Made by a program: the position numbers and the translations under genes
IMG/VR virus record: IMGVR_UViG_3300006056_000001
Coordinates: 64,001-128,000 of that record
DNA: 64,000 nt
Reading direction: 5' to 3' (one strand)
Source of the DNA: a virus
Lineage: Duplodnaviria; Caudoviricetes
Notes under the pieces: model-generated
What the model was told of the DNA's origin: nothing
The model's input: only the letters and a program-made list of their open reading frames with translations
The model's database searches: none
In this document: one piece after another, positions 54,323-64,000 of the stretch
Position numbering within the stretch: the first letter of the stretch is position 1
Layout of the letters: every line of letters begins with the position of its first letter

Positions 54323-54403
54323 TGCGGGATCGACAAGTCTGGTTTAAGTCAAAGGGCTCATAATCCTTCAGTTTCGTGGGTTCAAATCCCACTCCCGCTT
54401 CCA
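54323..54403 (+). tRNA. Initiator-type tRNA-Met(CAT)
   Basis: 1:72 mismatch; AAGGG-CTCATAA-TCCTT; CCA. Confidence 0.82.
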
Positions 54404-54526
54404 TTTACGCCTGGGTTGCTCCAGGACCAGTCTTGGGGTTAGACGATCCATCGACACTGGAAAGGTGAGTAATCCTTTCGGTTGTATCGAACCGGGTGGT
54501 TGTAAAAGGAAAGCCCTCTCATTTAT

Positions 54527-54603
54527 GCTCCGTTCGTCTAGTGGTCTAGGATGCGAGTTTTTCAAGCTCGAAGACGTGGGTTCGACCCCCACACGGAGTA
54601 CCA
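54527..54603 (+). tRNA. tRNA-Glu(TTC)
   Basis: CGAGT-TTTTCAA-GCTCG; CCA. Confidence 0.9.
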
Positions 54604-55437
54604 TTCATGCTGGCGAAAGGGAAACTGAGTAGCTGGCACCATCTTTAACCTTGTTTAAGGCCGGCTTAAGCCGACCAGATCAATTTGAGAATAAGGCAGA
54701 CCAAGTATAATTGTAGCTTGGTCTTTTCATTTTATGACTAAGAAAAAGAAAGCATCGGTTGTAGCTGAAGATATTCTTCATCCACAAGTTCCTCATGTAT
54801 TGACTCCAGATGGTTCTGTAGCTCAAAAGGCTATTAATGTACAGACCAGTGTCACTAAAGATGACATGGCAAGTCTTATTCATGTAAATGTTAGAACTCA
54901 GCTTAATAATGAATTAAATACTGTTTTAAATAGTATTAAGAGACTAGAAGCTAAAAAGCAGCAAGTATTTCAAAACGCACATAAAGAAATATGTGCATTA
55001 TTAATTAATAATGGTTATTTAAATCCTACTATACATATTTCTCATATGCATCTTAATTTTCAAGATTCTACAGTAAATTTAAACCATACAGATGTTGGGA
55101 TAAGAACTATTGATCAAGAATTAAGTATAAATAACAAGCTTAAAGGAAAAAGAACTACTAGAACTTCTTTAGAAAGTATAAATTATACTAATCAAGAAAT
55201 ACAAGATTATATCAAAGAAATGAACGAGCTTTTTACTCAAAAAACTAATATAGAAAGAAATCTTAATACAGCAAATAAAGAGTATATTAAAGCCAATATT
55301 ATTGCTAGCTTGATTGGTTCTTCTGATAAGGGCCAAGACTTTATCAAGAATATTTCTAATATTGGAATTAGTATTATTGAATCTCTTAAGAGTAATACTA
55401 TTCCTCTTATTGCTATTAGTCAATAATATTACTTAGA

Positions 55438-55584
55438 GGGTTCATAGCATAATGGTTAATGCTTTCTCAAACAAAAGCGGCTTAGATGACTCAGTAAGAT
55501 CACCCGGTATACAGGGCCTTGACTAAGTATTTAGGTTGGGAGTCACAACTCTCGATAGGGGTTCGATTCCCCTTGAATCCACCA
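55438..55584 (+). ncRNA. tRNA-like RNA with G3:U70 and ~65-nt hairpin in the anticodon arm
   Basis: GGGTTCA/TGAATCC-ACCA; normal D- and T-arms; TTCTCAA/TTGGGAG stem enclosing long hairpin. Confidence 0.7.
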
Positions 55585-55598
55585 TCTTATTTTTGTAT

Positions 55599-55673
55599 GC
55601 GGACATAATTCAATGGTAGAATGATAGCCTTCCAAGCTATTCGTTGTCGGTTCGAGTCCGACTGCCCGCTCCA
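55599..55673 (+). tRNA. tRNA-Gly(TCC)
   Basis: ATAGC-CTTCCAA-GCTAT; U73 CCA. Confidence 0.9.
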
Positions 55674-55869
55674 ATAAGGTAATGTAGTTAGAGGTTAGAG
55701 ATACAAATTCGTTGGTTTGTATTGCTCATGCTCAACGGCTATGCCCTAAACCTACTACCTTTTCCATATGTAGGGGCTAGCATCGCTGTTAGTACTCTAC
55801 CGAGGCCTGTAGTTGAAACTAGATGAAAAGCGACGAGTAATCTAGGAGTAAGCTACGGGCTGGTTTTTT

Positions 55870-55947
55870 GGTAACGTAGCTCAGCCCGGTTAGAGCTTCT
55901 GATTGAAAATCCGAAGGTCAATGGTTCAAATCCATTCGTTACCACCA
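55870..55947 (+). tRNA. tRNA-Phe(GAA)
   Basis: TCTGA-TTGAAAA-TCCGA; CCA. Confidence 0.85.
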
Positions 55948-56661
55948 TTATAACATGCCTAGTCTAAAAAACAAAACTGTTCCTACAAGTCTTGATTTTC
56001 ACCCAAATCTACCTGGAAATACTGTAAATGTAAACCTAGGCCGATTTATTGGAGGAGGTTATTATGTTATTGTTAGGGGCGGAGATGACACTGCCCTCCA
56101 AACAGAGGGATTATCCTGGCATGATGCCAAGCATATTTTTAATTCAATTCAAAAGATTGACAAAGAAGACCTTATTTGGTTTCTAGGTAGTAAAAATAAT
56201 AATGGGTTTCCTTAAAATGTGTAAAATACCTATAATTCTAAATAATATTCCTTTAAAGTATCATCTTGCTTTTTCTGATGCATTAACCGAAAATGGTTTT
56301 GTTAGTTATCTTGATCCAAATATTACCGAAATTCCATATGGTAGTCCTGTATTAATTTTTGCATTAGGATTTATATCAGGAGTAATAGCAGAAGTAGAAG
56401 CAAATAAAACAGATGGACACACCTAAATTTAAAGTTGGGGATAAAGTAGTATTAAATGATAGAGGATTAGAAATTTTATTTGGCAATAGCAAAGGCTTGT
56501 CTTATATGAAAACTAAGATACTAATTATTACTGAAATTACCAATGAAATACCTTTAAATACAGGTGTTACTCATACCTATTCCATAGATGATCCTGAAAT
56601 TAATATCTTTCTCACGTTTAGTGAATGTTTTGATATTGCACCAAGAATCTTGCTTGTATAA

Positions 56662-56737
56662 GGGTTGATAGTTTAATTGGCTAGAATAATGGTCTCCAAA
56701 ACCATGGATCTAGGTTCAAGTCCTAGTCGGCCCGCCA
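56662..56737 (+). tRNA. tRNA-Trp(CCA)
   Basis: ATGGT-CTCCAAA-ACCAT; G73 CCA. Confidence 0.9.
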
Positions 56738-56744
56738 ATCTCAT

Positions 56745-56822
56745 GTTGTCTATAGTTCAACTGGTTAGAACGTCAGATTGTGATTCTGAAGGTTGCGGGT
56801 TCGAACCCCGTTAGACAACCCA
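56745..56822 (+). tRNA. tRNA-His(GTG)
   Basis: G-1:C73; TCAGA-TTGTGAT-TCTGA; CCA. Confidence 0.92.
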
Positions 56823-56833
56823 TTTCTTGTAAC

Positions 56834-57577
56834 ATGACTACTAATAGATCCCCTAGCGCAGAGCTTTGCAAACACGAAGAGCTACCCTACTACGCCCAGG
56901 TCATCGAGAACCTGAGCAACGGAGAGGGTTACTGGAACAGTCTAAAGATCGGAGTCTTCCGAACTGAAGACAATGAGAAGGTAGGAGAGTATATCCGAAA
57001 CTACTCCCACATGTTCCGGACCTTCTATCCGTTCGAGGGAAAGGATGGGAACTGGTATGCGCTCTATAGTCCTCACTACACTGCAACCAGGATCATGTCC
57101 CTTCCGGACTGTAAGGATCTTGGGGGTGAAGAACCTGCCGGTTTCGGATTCTGTCCTAGGGATTACTATGTCCCTCGCCTTCTTGGACGTGATTTCCCTC
57201 TAAGTGATCCTGAGCCGCATCCTTCTCATGATCTTCCGCAAGAGGAGAGGATGAGGATCTACTATCAGTGGACTGCTAAGTATCCTTTGAAGTCCTTTAG
57301 CCCTCCTTGGGGCTTTATCTCCGGCATGATCTGGGGAGACAGCAAGGATGATGTGCAGTGGCTGGACCTGAGCTTGGCAGCCGACGGCAAGCTAACCAGG
57401 ACGCAGAGGTTTGGATGCCATGAGCTTCCGGATCGAGTGGAGCTTTACGAGGCAATCACTATCCACGAGCCGGACTGGACTTCGATCAGCGATCCTGAGT
57501 TCTATGAGAAAACAAGGATCTTCATTGCTGGTGATGTTCCTTACCGTTTCGATGGTAAGCGTAGAGAAGGTTCTTGA
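56834..57577 (+). CDS. GC-rich hypothetical protein
   Basis: Likely start MTTNRS after tRNA-His; high GC3. Confidence 0.6.
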   Translation: MTTNRSPSAELCKHEELPYYAQVIENLSNGEGYWNSLKIGVFRTEDNEKVGEYIRNYSHMFRTFYPFEGKDGNWYALYSPHYTATRIMSLPDCKDLGGEEPAGFGFCPRDYYVPRLLGRDFPLSDPEPHPSHDLPQEERMRIYYQWTAKYPLKSFSPPWGFISGMIWGDSKDDVQWLDLSLAADGKLTRTQRFGCHELPDRVELYEAITIHEPDWTSISDPEFYEKTRIFIAGDVPYRFDGKRREGS

Positions 57578-57584
57578 TTTTTGC

Positions 57585-57659
57585 GTCCGTGTGGTGTAAT
57601 TGGTAGCACAGCAGATTTTGACTCTGTTAGCCCGGTTTCAAATCCAGTCAGACAACCCA
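57585..57659 (+). pseudogene. Degenerate tRNA-Gln(TTG)
   Basis: Good D- and anticodon arms (GCAGA-TTTTGAC-TCTGT) but broken T-stem and acceptor pairing. Confidence 0.6.
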
Positions 57660-57660
57660 T

Positions 57661-57736
57661 GGGTCATTAGCATAACGGTTAATGCGCAGAGCTGTTAACT
57701 CTGACTATCCGAGTTCGATTCTCGGGTGGCCCTCCA
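57661..57736 (+). tRNA. tRNA-Asn(GTT)
   Basis: CAGAG-CTGTTAA-CTCTG; CCA. Confidence 0.88.
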
Positions 57737-58638
57737 AACGAAGAAAAACATGAAAAACACACTTTCACTTTTAGCAGTTCTACTGCTAACCAATCTATTA
57801 TTTGCTCAAATACCTTACGGTATTTTACAACCAAACGATATTGCTCAGCCTCAAGGTATAAAGCTTACTAAGTCTTTTAGCTCTTGCGCGCTATGTACTC
57901 CTACTATTAATGGACAAGATCCAGAAGAAGCAAGTATTTTACTTCCTGAACATTTTGGACGTTTAATTATTTCTGCTGATATTTTTACTCCTGGTATTTG
58001 TGAAACAAGAGGTCCGGATTGTCTTCCAGAGACTCCATGTAAGACAGATGGACAGATATATGTAATAAATGATTCTTATATAAGAATTGGAGATCAACCT
58101 ATTCATCCTCCAGGTGGTATTTTTACTATTTCAGTTAAGAAGTCTATTCCTTGTGGAGAAGATAATTTAGTTCCTATTTATGATGCAGATGATCGAATTA
58201 TAGGTCATTTACAGTACAAGTACGCCCTTTGCGATAAGACACCACAATGGAACTAAACATAAAAGTAGAAAAAACTAAACTTATTACTGCTCTTAAGCAG
58301 AATAAAGCCAAGCATATTGCTGATTATAAAGAAGCTACTATGAATTGGAAAAAAGAATTAAGGTCTATAGTAGAGTCTGCACATGATTTATTAACAAATA
58401 AACAAGACTATGATTTGTTTCTTGATAGAAAGCATGATATTTTTAGAATAGACTCTCGGCCTACTTCTCATGAAAAAGATTATGATACTGCTATTGAAAT
58501 GTTAGAGTTCTGTTCTGATCAAGAAATTGAGCTAGATATACAACAGTATAATGCTTTTGTTAAAGATCAGTGGACCTGGCGCGCTCATTGGTCCGCAAGT
58601 AATGCTAAGTATCTTAGCCACTCTTAATTAGAGTGTAT

Positions 58639-59079
58639 GGGAGTATAGCATAATTGGTTACTGCACTAGATTGTCGATCTTATTAACTATTGCAATCGTA
58701 TATGATTACATGCCTAGTAAAGATCCAGAAATAAGACGTGCTACTTGGAATAAATGGTATAAGAAAAATAAAGCTATTCATCATAAAAGGTCTAAAGATT
58801 GGACAGATCGTAGAAGAAAAGAATTAAGAATTTTAATAAATAAATATAAAAGCACACATCCTTGTAATAACTGCGGTTTTACAAATCCTGTAGCTTTAGA
58901 TTTTCATCATATAGATGTTTTACAAAAAGATATAGAAGTATCTATAGCTATAAATAGAACTTGGTCAAATAAAAGACTAGAGAAAGAAATAGCTAAATGT
59001 ATAGTTTTATGTTCAAATTGTCATAGAATAGAACATAATAAATAGACAATAATAGGTTCGAGTCCCATTACTCCCGCCA
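58639..59079 (+). tRNA. Split tRNA-Asp(GTC): 5' half 58639-58680, 3' half 59043-59079
   Basis: GGGAGTA/TACTCCC-GCCA; CTAGA-TTGTCGA-TC|TAG; interrupted by HNH ORF. Confidence 0.8.
58710..59045 (+). CDS. HNH homing endonuclease inside tRNA-Asp
   Basis: CNNCGF..ALDFHH...EIAKCIVLCSNCHRIEH; likely start MPSKD at 58710. Confidence 0.88.
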   Translation: MPSKDPEIRRATWNKWYKKNKAIHHKRSKDWTDRRRKELRILINKYKSTHPCNNCGFTNPVALDFHHIDVLQKDIEVSIAINRTWSNKRLEKEIAKCIVLCSNCHRIEHNK

Positions 59080-59087
59080 TTAATCAC

Positions 59088-60182
59088 ATGACTCAAAATT
59101 TATTTATACCTACTAAACTTAAAGTAGGCTACCGAGAAAGAGAAGATACTTTTACAAAAAAACTAGCTTATGTTATTTATTATGATGAGAAGAATGTATT
59201 AAGAAAAGAAACTAGTTGGAAAAGTTGGAGAGATCAAAACATTCCAGATCAAGATATTGATAATGTTCCAACAGAAGGATTTGTATTAAACAAAAAGGTA
59301 GGCGGCTATAAGTCTGACTGGAACTATAGACAGTCATATATTAGAGTATATGATCCTAGAGGTTTTGAATTTGAGATTACACCAGAAAATCTATTATTTA
59401 TATTAAAAGAATCTAATTGTGATAAGGATAAAGGCTTAGAGGGCAAATTTGTTTACTCTTGGCAAGGAACAGAACTAGTACTACTTCCTGTTACTTCACT
59501 TACATATCAAACTTCTACTAAGTATACTTCTATAAGATCTAATAAAATACACAAGAAAGACTTAATTCTTGGTGCATCTTATTTAGATGATCAAGTAGAG
59601 CCTTGTATTTATTTAGGTCTTAATACAGTATATGGAAAAGACTTTTTCTATGGTGGTTCAGCAGGTAGCATGAAACAGCATGTTACTTATTATACTCAAA
59701 CTAAGAAGTATAGTTTTACTAAAGAACACAAGCATTTAAAAGAATTAGTAGACGCTAATATTTCTCCTGATTTTTCAGATTTAATAGATCATTTTGCAAA
59801 TTCTACTCGTGGTTCTCCTATAGAAAGATTAGAACTTAGGCCTATGGAGAACTATTATTATGCATCACATAAACATAATAAAGAACTAAAAAGATACTTT
59901 TGGGCAGAAGCATCTAAGTTAGAAAATACATATGATGTATATTTTAACGAATATGGGGCTACACACAGTTATCATATTAAAATTACTGATAATTCTTTAT
60001 ATACATTTAATGATACTGGGTATGCTACTACTAGACCCGCCATTCCTCCTCAAAAGAATCAACTATTTGCTATTTTGAAAAGTGGAAAGGAGATTATGAT
60101 TGATCTTAGTAATTACAGATTTTATGATATAAATAATCAGTATGATTATGAATTTATACAAGAAACAAAAGAACTAGAGTGA
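59088..60182 (+). CDS. Conserved-type large-phage hypothetical protein
   Basis: 364 aa; KLAYVIYYD..LRKETSW..WRD, VYDPRGFEFEIT motifs. Confidence 0.55.
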   Translation: MTQNLFIPTKLKVGYREREDTFTKKLAYVIYYDEKNVLRKETSWKSWRDQNIPDQDIDNVPTEGFVLNKKVGGYKSDWNYRQSYIRVYDPRGFEFEITPENLLFILKESNCDKDKGLEGKFVYSWQGTELVLLPVTSLTYQTSTKYTSIRSNKIHKKDLILGASYLDDQVEPCIYLGLNTVYGKDFFYGGSAGSMKQHVTYYTQTKKYSFTKEHKHLKELVDANISPDFSDLIDHFANSTRGSPIERLELRPMENYYYASHKHNKELKRYFWAEASKLENTYDVYFNEYGATHSYHIKITDNSLYTFNDTGYATTRPAIPPQKNQLFAILKSGKEIMIDLSNYRFYDINNQYDYEFIQETKELE

Positions 60183-60329
60183 AAGAAGAACCTCCTTTAG
60201 CTTCTGCTACTTTAGATACTTATTGTCCAGAATGTCTTGTAGGTATTATAAAAGCTTTTGAAGAAAATCTTTGTTATTGTCCTTATTGTGGACAATTATT
60301 CAAAATTGAGGTTGTTTAAACCTCTTCAA

Positions 60330-60414
60330 GGACAGGTCGGATAGCGGCAATTCCATCTGCCTGTAGAGCAGACGTCTCTGACTTACGGGGGTTCGAGTCC
60401 CTCCCTGTCCACCA
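60330..60414 (+). tRNA. tRNA-Tyr(GTA)
   Basis: TCTGC-CTGTAGA-GCAGA; long V arm; CCA. Confidence 0.9.
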
Positions 60415-61092
60415 CATAAAAGATCATGGAAACCAATCAGAAAAACGAATATATCCAGACGGCAACTAATCTTAGTTGCTGTTTTTTACTAGCTATAACT
60501 TCTATTATGTCTCCTTTCTATATGCCTTTCTTTTTTGGCATTATTTCTTCATTAGGTACTTTAGGCGCGGCTTATTTTATTGCTGCATCTAATGAACCTA
60601 CTAAGAAAATGATTATTACTATATATGAAAAAGTATCTAAAATGCTTGATTTTGGATTAACTGTTACAGTAAATGCAGATGAAAAGGAAGAACCTTCTAG
60701 CACTAGGCCGTCTGGACGCCGAGGCGGCAAGACCGCATAGACGACTAATAAAAGATAAACAATAATAGAGCATATATTTTATGAAACCTAGATTCTGTTT
60801 CCCCTTTCTAGGTAAAAAATTTGACTTTATTGTCAAACTCTTACTAAGATTACTAAAAAGAAATAAAAAAATGACACAAGAATTCCAAGACTTGAAACTT
60901 AAAGTTGAAGCAAATATTGCACTACAGAATCAACTTATTACTTCTGTTAATGCTTTAGTTGCTAAACTAGGACAAATAGATCCTCCTCAGGAAATCGTGG
61001 ATCTAGCTAATCAGGTTCAGGCAGCATCTGATGCTATGTCTACCACATTAAATGGTATTCCGCCTGTCTAATTAGTTTTCCAACTAATAATT

Positions 61093-61118
61093 AAGCAGGC
61101 TTCAAGGCCTGCTTTTTT
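61093..61118 (+). terminator. Intrinsic terminator
   Basis: AAGCAGGC/GCCTGCTT + T run. Confidence 0.8.
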
Positions 61119-61125
61119 ATTTTAT

Positions 61126-61213
61126 GGAAGATAGACCTGACAGGGTTGGGCAACGCCTGGAAAGCGTTTGGAACTTTAAAAGGTTTGAGGTTCGAGTCCT
61201 CTGTCTTCCGCCA
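61126..61213 (+). tRNA. tRNA-Ser(GGA)
   Basis: AACGC-CTGGAAA-GCGTT; long V arm; G73 CCA. Confidence 0.8.
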
Positions 61214-61902
61214 ATAAAAATGGAAAATCCTTACAACTTACCATTAAAGTTCAAATTTATTATTGACAGATTAAATAGACTAGAATGTATTCAAGAAGTT
61301 ACTATTACTAAAAATATAAACAAAATTTGTGTTAAAAATAATGTTTTTTCTACAACATTTATTGTTTCAGAAGGTAAAGATTATCTATGTGAATCTAGAG
61401 TTTATAATTTAAACGGTGTGATTGCAGATAGATTTAATACTTCTATATATTTATATTTAGATTTTTTAAAAGAATTATATCCTAGAAATAAAGATATTAT
61501 AAAAGAATTTCAAGATTGGCTTCGCCAACAAGAAGCAATTAGATATAAGGATGTACAAATTAAAGAGTTAAGAAACCAAGCCGAGAAACTAGGATGCACA
61601 GTAACAATAAAAACTTAAGGTTTGTTCTTTCTTTTGGTTTTGTTATTATATTTGTTATTATTTTTGTACTTTTAAATTATAATATTAGAGAAGAACTTAA
61701 AAGAGAAGTTATAGGCAAGTCATTTAAAGAACCATATCCTGATAGTATCTTTGTTGGTAAGGAAGCATGGGGAGAAGGTGCTCCTTATAAAATTGTAACC
61801 ATGCCTGGTAAATATTATTTGATTGTAAAGATCTACTATAACAATAATACTACTTCTGTAGAAAATATTCCTGTAGATAAAGAGACTTACGATAAGAATT
61901 AG

Positions 61903-61978
61903 GCCGGTGTACCCTTAATGGTAGAGGCCCAGTTTTGTAAACTGGTTGTTGTGGGTTCGAGTCCCACCTCCGGCTCCA
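61903..61978 (+). tRNA. tRNA-Thr(TGT)
   Basis: CCAGT-TTTGTAA-ACTGG; CCA. Confidence 0.88.
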
Positions 61979-61982
61979 TTTT

Positions 61983-62533
61983 ATGATTGTAAATCTAACT
62001 CCTTTTGATGTTAGTAATTTTAATAGTATTAATAGTATTGCTCCTTTTAATATAGCTTATGTAGAAGATACTCTTCTAAAATGTCCTTATTGTGGGTCTT
62101 CTACTTTTTCTGGTTTAAAATGTACTAAAGTATACACTTTATATGAATATGAACTTAAATGTTATTTTTGTTTATATGCTTGTCTTCTTGGAGAATTGGC
62201 TGTAATTAACTTAGATTTTCGATCAATTACTTGTATTAGTGTATGATTTCTATTAATACAATAAAGATAAATCCTAGTTCAAAAGCACAAGATGAATTAG
62301 ATTTTATTAATTCTATAGGAATATTTCAACTATCTTATTTTGACCTTTTAAGGTATACATCATATAATCACAATTGTCCTTATTGTCAAAGTATTGATTT
62401 TCTTGATATTTATTATTCAAGGAGTCGTTCTACAGATTATATAGTAAAATGCTATATTTGTAGTAATTTTCTTTCTATCACTTCATTTGGAGTTGACCTT
62501 AATGTACATTTTCCAAACTTTATTTATATATAA
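61983..62533 (+). CDS. Array 4 of Zn-ribbon mini-proteins (2 ORFs)
   Basis: CPYC.S..F...KCYxC; tails TCISV, NFIYI; ATGA-coupled. Confidence 0.7.
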
Positions 62534-63169
62534 ATTTTCTGGTATGACACGATTTAAACAAATTTATTCTATAACTATTTAATTAAGTGATTAAGCCCCA
62601 ATCCTTTTAGGAGGGCTTATGTTATTACCTTTATATGAAGAATTTATGATAGAGAACTGTATATGTTCTGAAGTAGAATGTAGCTGTTGTATTATATATG
62701 GTACTTTATATAATACACGTAAATAAATTGACATGTCTAATTTTAATTTTTTAGTATCGAAAGATAAGTATTGTAAGTTTCATCATTCTTTAGAACCTAC
62801 AGAATGGAAGCAATGTTTATCTAATTCACATATAGAACGTTCCTATACAGTAGTTTATGTTGCCAGTCATTTAAAAGAAACTAAATTTGACTGTGGATGT
62901 ATAATTTTTGACAATAAATACTATCCTGAATTTAAATTATCTGAACATATATTTAAAGATTTTTTTAAACACGAACTAACTTCAGGACAAAAATTAGTTA
63001 AGTTTGATATTAAAAAAGTTGATAAAAAGTAGAGCACATATTATGTGCAATATTTAGTAACTTCATTACTCATAACTGTTTTAGTATTCATACTTAAAAC
63101 TCTATTTAAGCCTAAAGAAAAGATAGAGGCATACCCTAAAGCTTGTTGTAAAATATATTATTTAAAAAA

Positions 63170-63721
63170 ATGACTACAAACTCTTTTCCTATCCTTTGGG
63201 AAAAAGCCATAATTGGCTTAGCCGAAGTAGACAAATATGGTAGGTTTGTTAAAGCAAACCCTGCTTTTTGTGATTTAGTCGGATACTCTGAATCTGAACT
63301 ACAGAACAAAAAGTGGCAAGATATTACCCATCCAGATGATACGGAAGGAGGAGAACGCATGTTCTCTAGAATAGTCTCTGGTCAAATTTCTAACTATACC
63401 ATGGAGAAAAGATATATTACCAAGAGAGGATTGATAGTTTGGGTAAATATATCTATGTCTGGTGTTTTAGATCCAGATGGTAATACTCATTGTGTACTAA
63501 AGCAAGTAATTAATCTACCTATTCAACTTTCTGATTTTACTCCTAAGAAAGATCCTGTTTCTATAAAGGATACAATCAAAGAAAACATTAAGGTAGTTCT
63601 TGCTTCTATAGTTGGTATTGTATTTACCTTATATGGGGCCTGGCACAACGAACCAGACCTTAAAAATATAGGCCTGGCTCTTGTACTAGGTTTATTTGGC
63701 GGCTTAATGGCGAAGAAATAA
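63170..63721 (+). CDS. PAS-domain protein with two C-terminal TM helices
   Basis: GRFVKANPAFCDLVGYSESEL..ITHPDD..EKRYITKRG..VWV PAS/PAC pattern. Confidence 0.88.
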   Translation: MTTNSFPILWEKAIIGLAEVDKYGRFVKANPAFCDLVGYSESELQNKKWQDITHPDDTEGGERMFSRIVSGQISNYTMEKRYITKRGLIVWVNISMSGVLDPDGNTHCVLKQVINLPIQLSDFTPKKDPVSIKDTIKENIKVVLASIVGIVFTLYGAWHNEPDLKNIGLALVLGLFGGLMAKK

Positions 63722-63745
63722 GGCCTTTATAGCCCATCTTAATTT

Positions 63746-63782
63746 ACCTCCTTAGACCGTATTAGGTCTAGGAGGTTTTTTT
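63746..63782 (+). terminator. Intrinsic terminator
   Basis: ACCTCCTTAGACC/GGTCTAGGAGGT + T run. Confidence 0.8.
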
Positions 63783-64000
63783 ATGTATACAGAAGACAAC
63801 ATTGGATTTATAAAATTAGTTGATAAGACTAAAGAAGATTTTCCACTTAAGATAGTTAATACAGCAAGAATTTCATACGGTAACTCTAAGCAAGAATTTG
63901 ATGATAAAGATAAGAAGCTTGTTTCTTATCTATGGGAACACAAACATACATCCCCATTTCGTCATTCTTTTTACACTTTTCACATAAAAGCCACTTTGTC
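63783..64000 (+). CDS. thyX: FAD-dependent thymidylate synthase (5' partial)
   Basis: Translates to ...IVNTARISY...KLVSYLWEHKHTSPFRH..., the ThyX N-terminal signature; runs off the window. Confidence 0.85.
   Translation, partial: MYTEDNIGFIKLVDKTKEDFPLKIVNTARISYGNSKQEFDDKDKKLVSYLWEHKHTSPFRHSFYTFHIKATL

Noticed and set aside
58681-59042. Group I intron in tRNA-Asp (and in tRNA-Pro)
   Set aside because: Non-coding parts of the inserts are only ~30-40 nt, no P7 core is visible, and insertion is in the stem rather than the loop
1-64000. Stop-codon reassignment (alternative genetic code)
   Set aside because: Conserved genes are full-length in the standard code, TAG and TGA end ORFs at coupled junctions, and no CTA/TCA suppressor tRNA was seen

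Overview
This is a 64-kb segment of a large (jumbo-type) tailed phage, read in the standard genetic code. Positions 1-14.9 kb are a minus-strand head/packaging module (major capsid, decoration-like protein, prohead protease/scaffold, portal, large terminase, DEDD exonuclease, trypsin-like protease). After a sharp strand and GC switch at ~14.9 kb, nearly everything is plus-strand accessory cargo. It comprises GC-rich early-type genes interleaved with very AT-rich arrays of ~17 paralogous zinc-ribbon mini-proteins; ~24 intact tRNAs plus TilS; NAD/ADP-ribose counter-defence genes (Prs-like + NAMPT-like pair, NADAR, SLOG); Dps; a PAS membrane protein; and the 5' end of thyX. The most striking content is RNA. 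(1) A phage Ro60/TROVE gene is followed by six tandem Y-RNA-like units that share a covarying Ro-binding stem but carry different effector modules, including a circularly permuted tRNA-Asn that keeps its anticodon arm. (2) Three HNH endonuclease genes sit inside tRNA genes, two bringing a replacement tRNA of the same anticodon. (3) Four tRNA-like RNAs have the anticodon loop replaced by long stems, one resembling a tag-less tmRNA domain. (4) Two tandem homologous ~180-nt structured RNAs follow a DIP1984-like gene. (5) Compact H-type pseudoknots and repeated leader motifs occur in the early region. All structures were folded by eye; no database searches were run.
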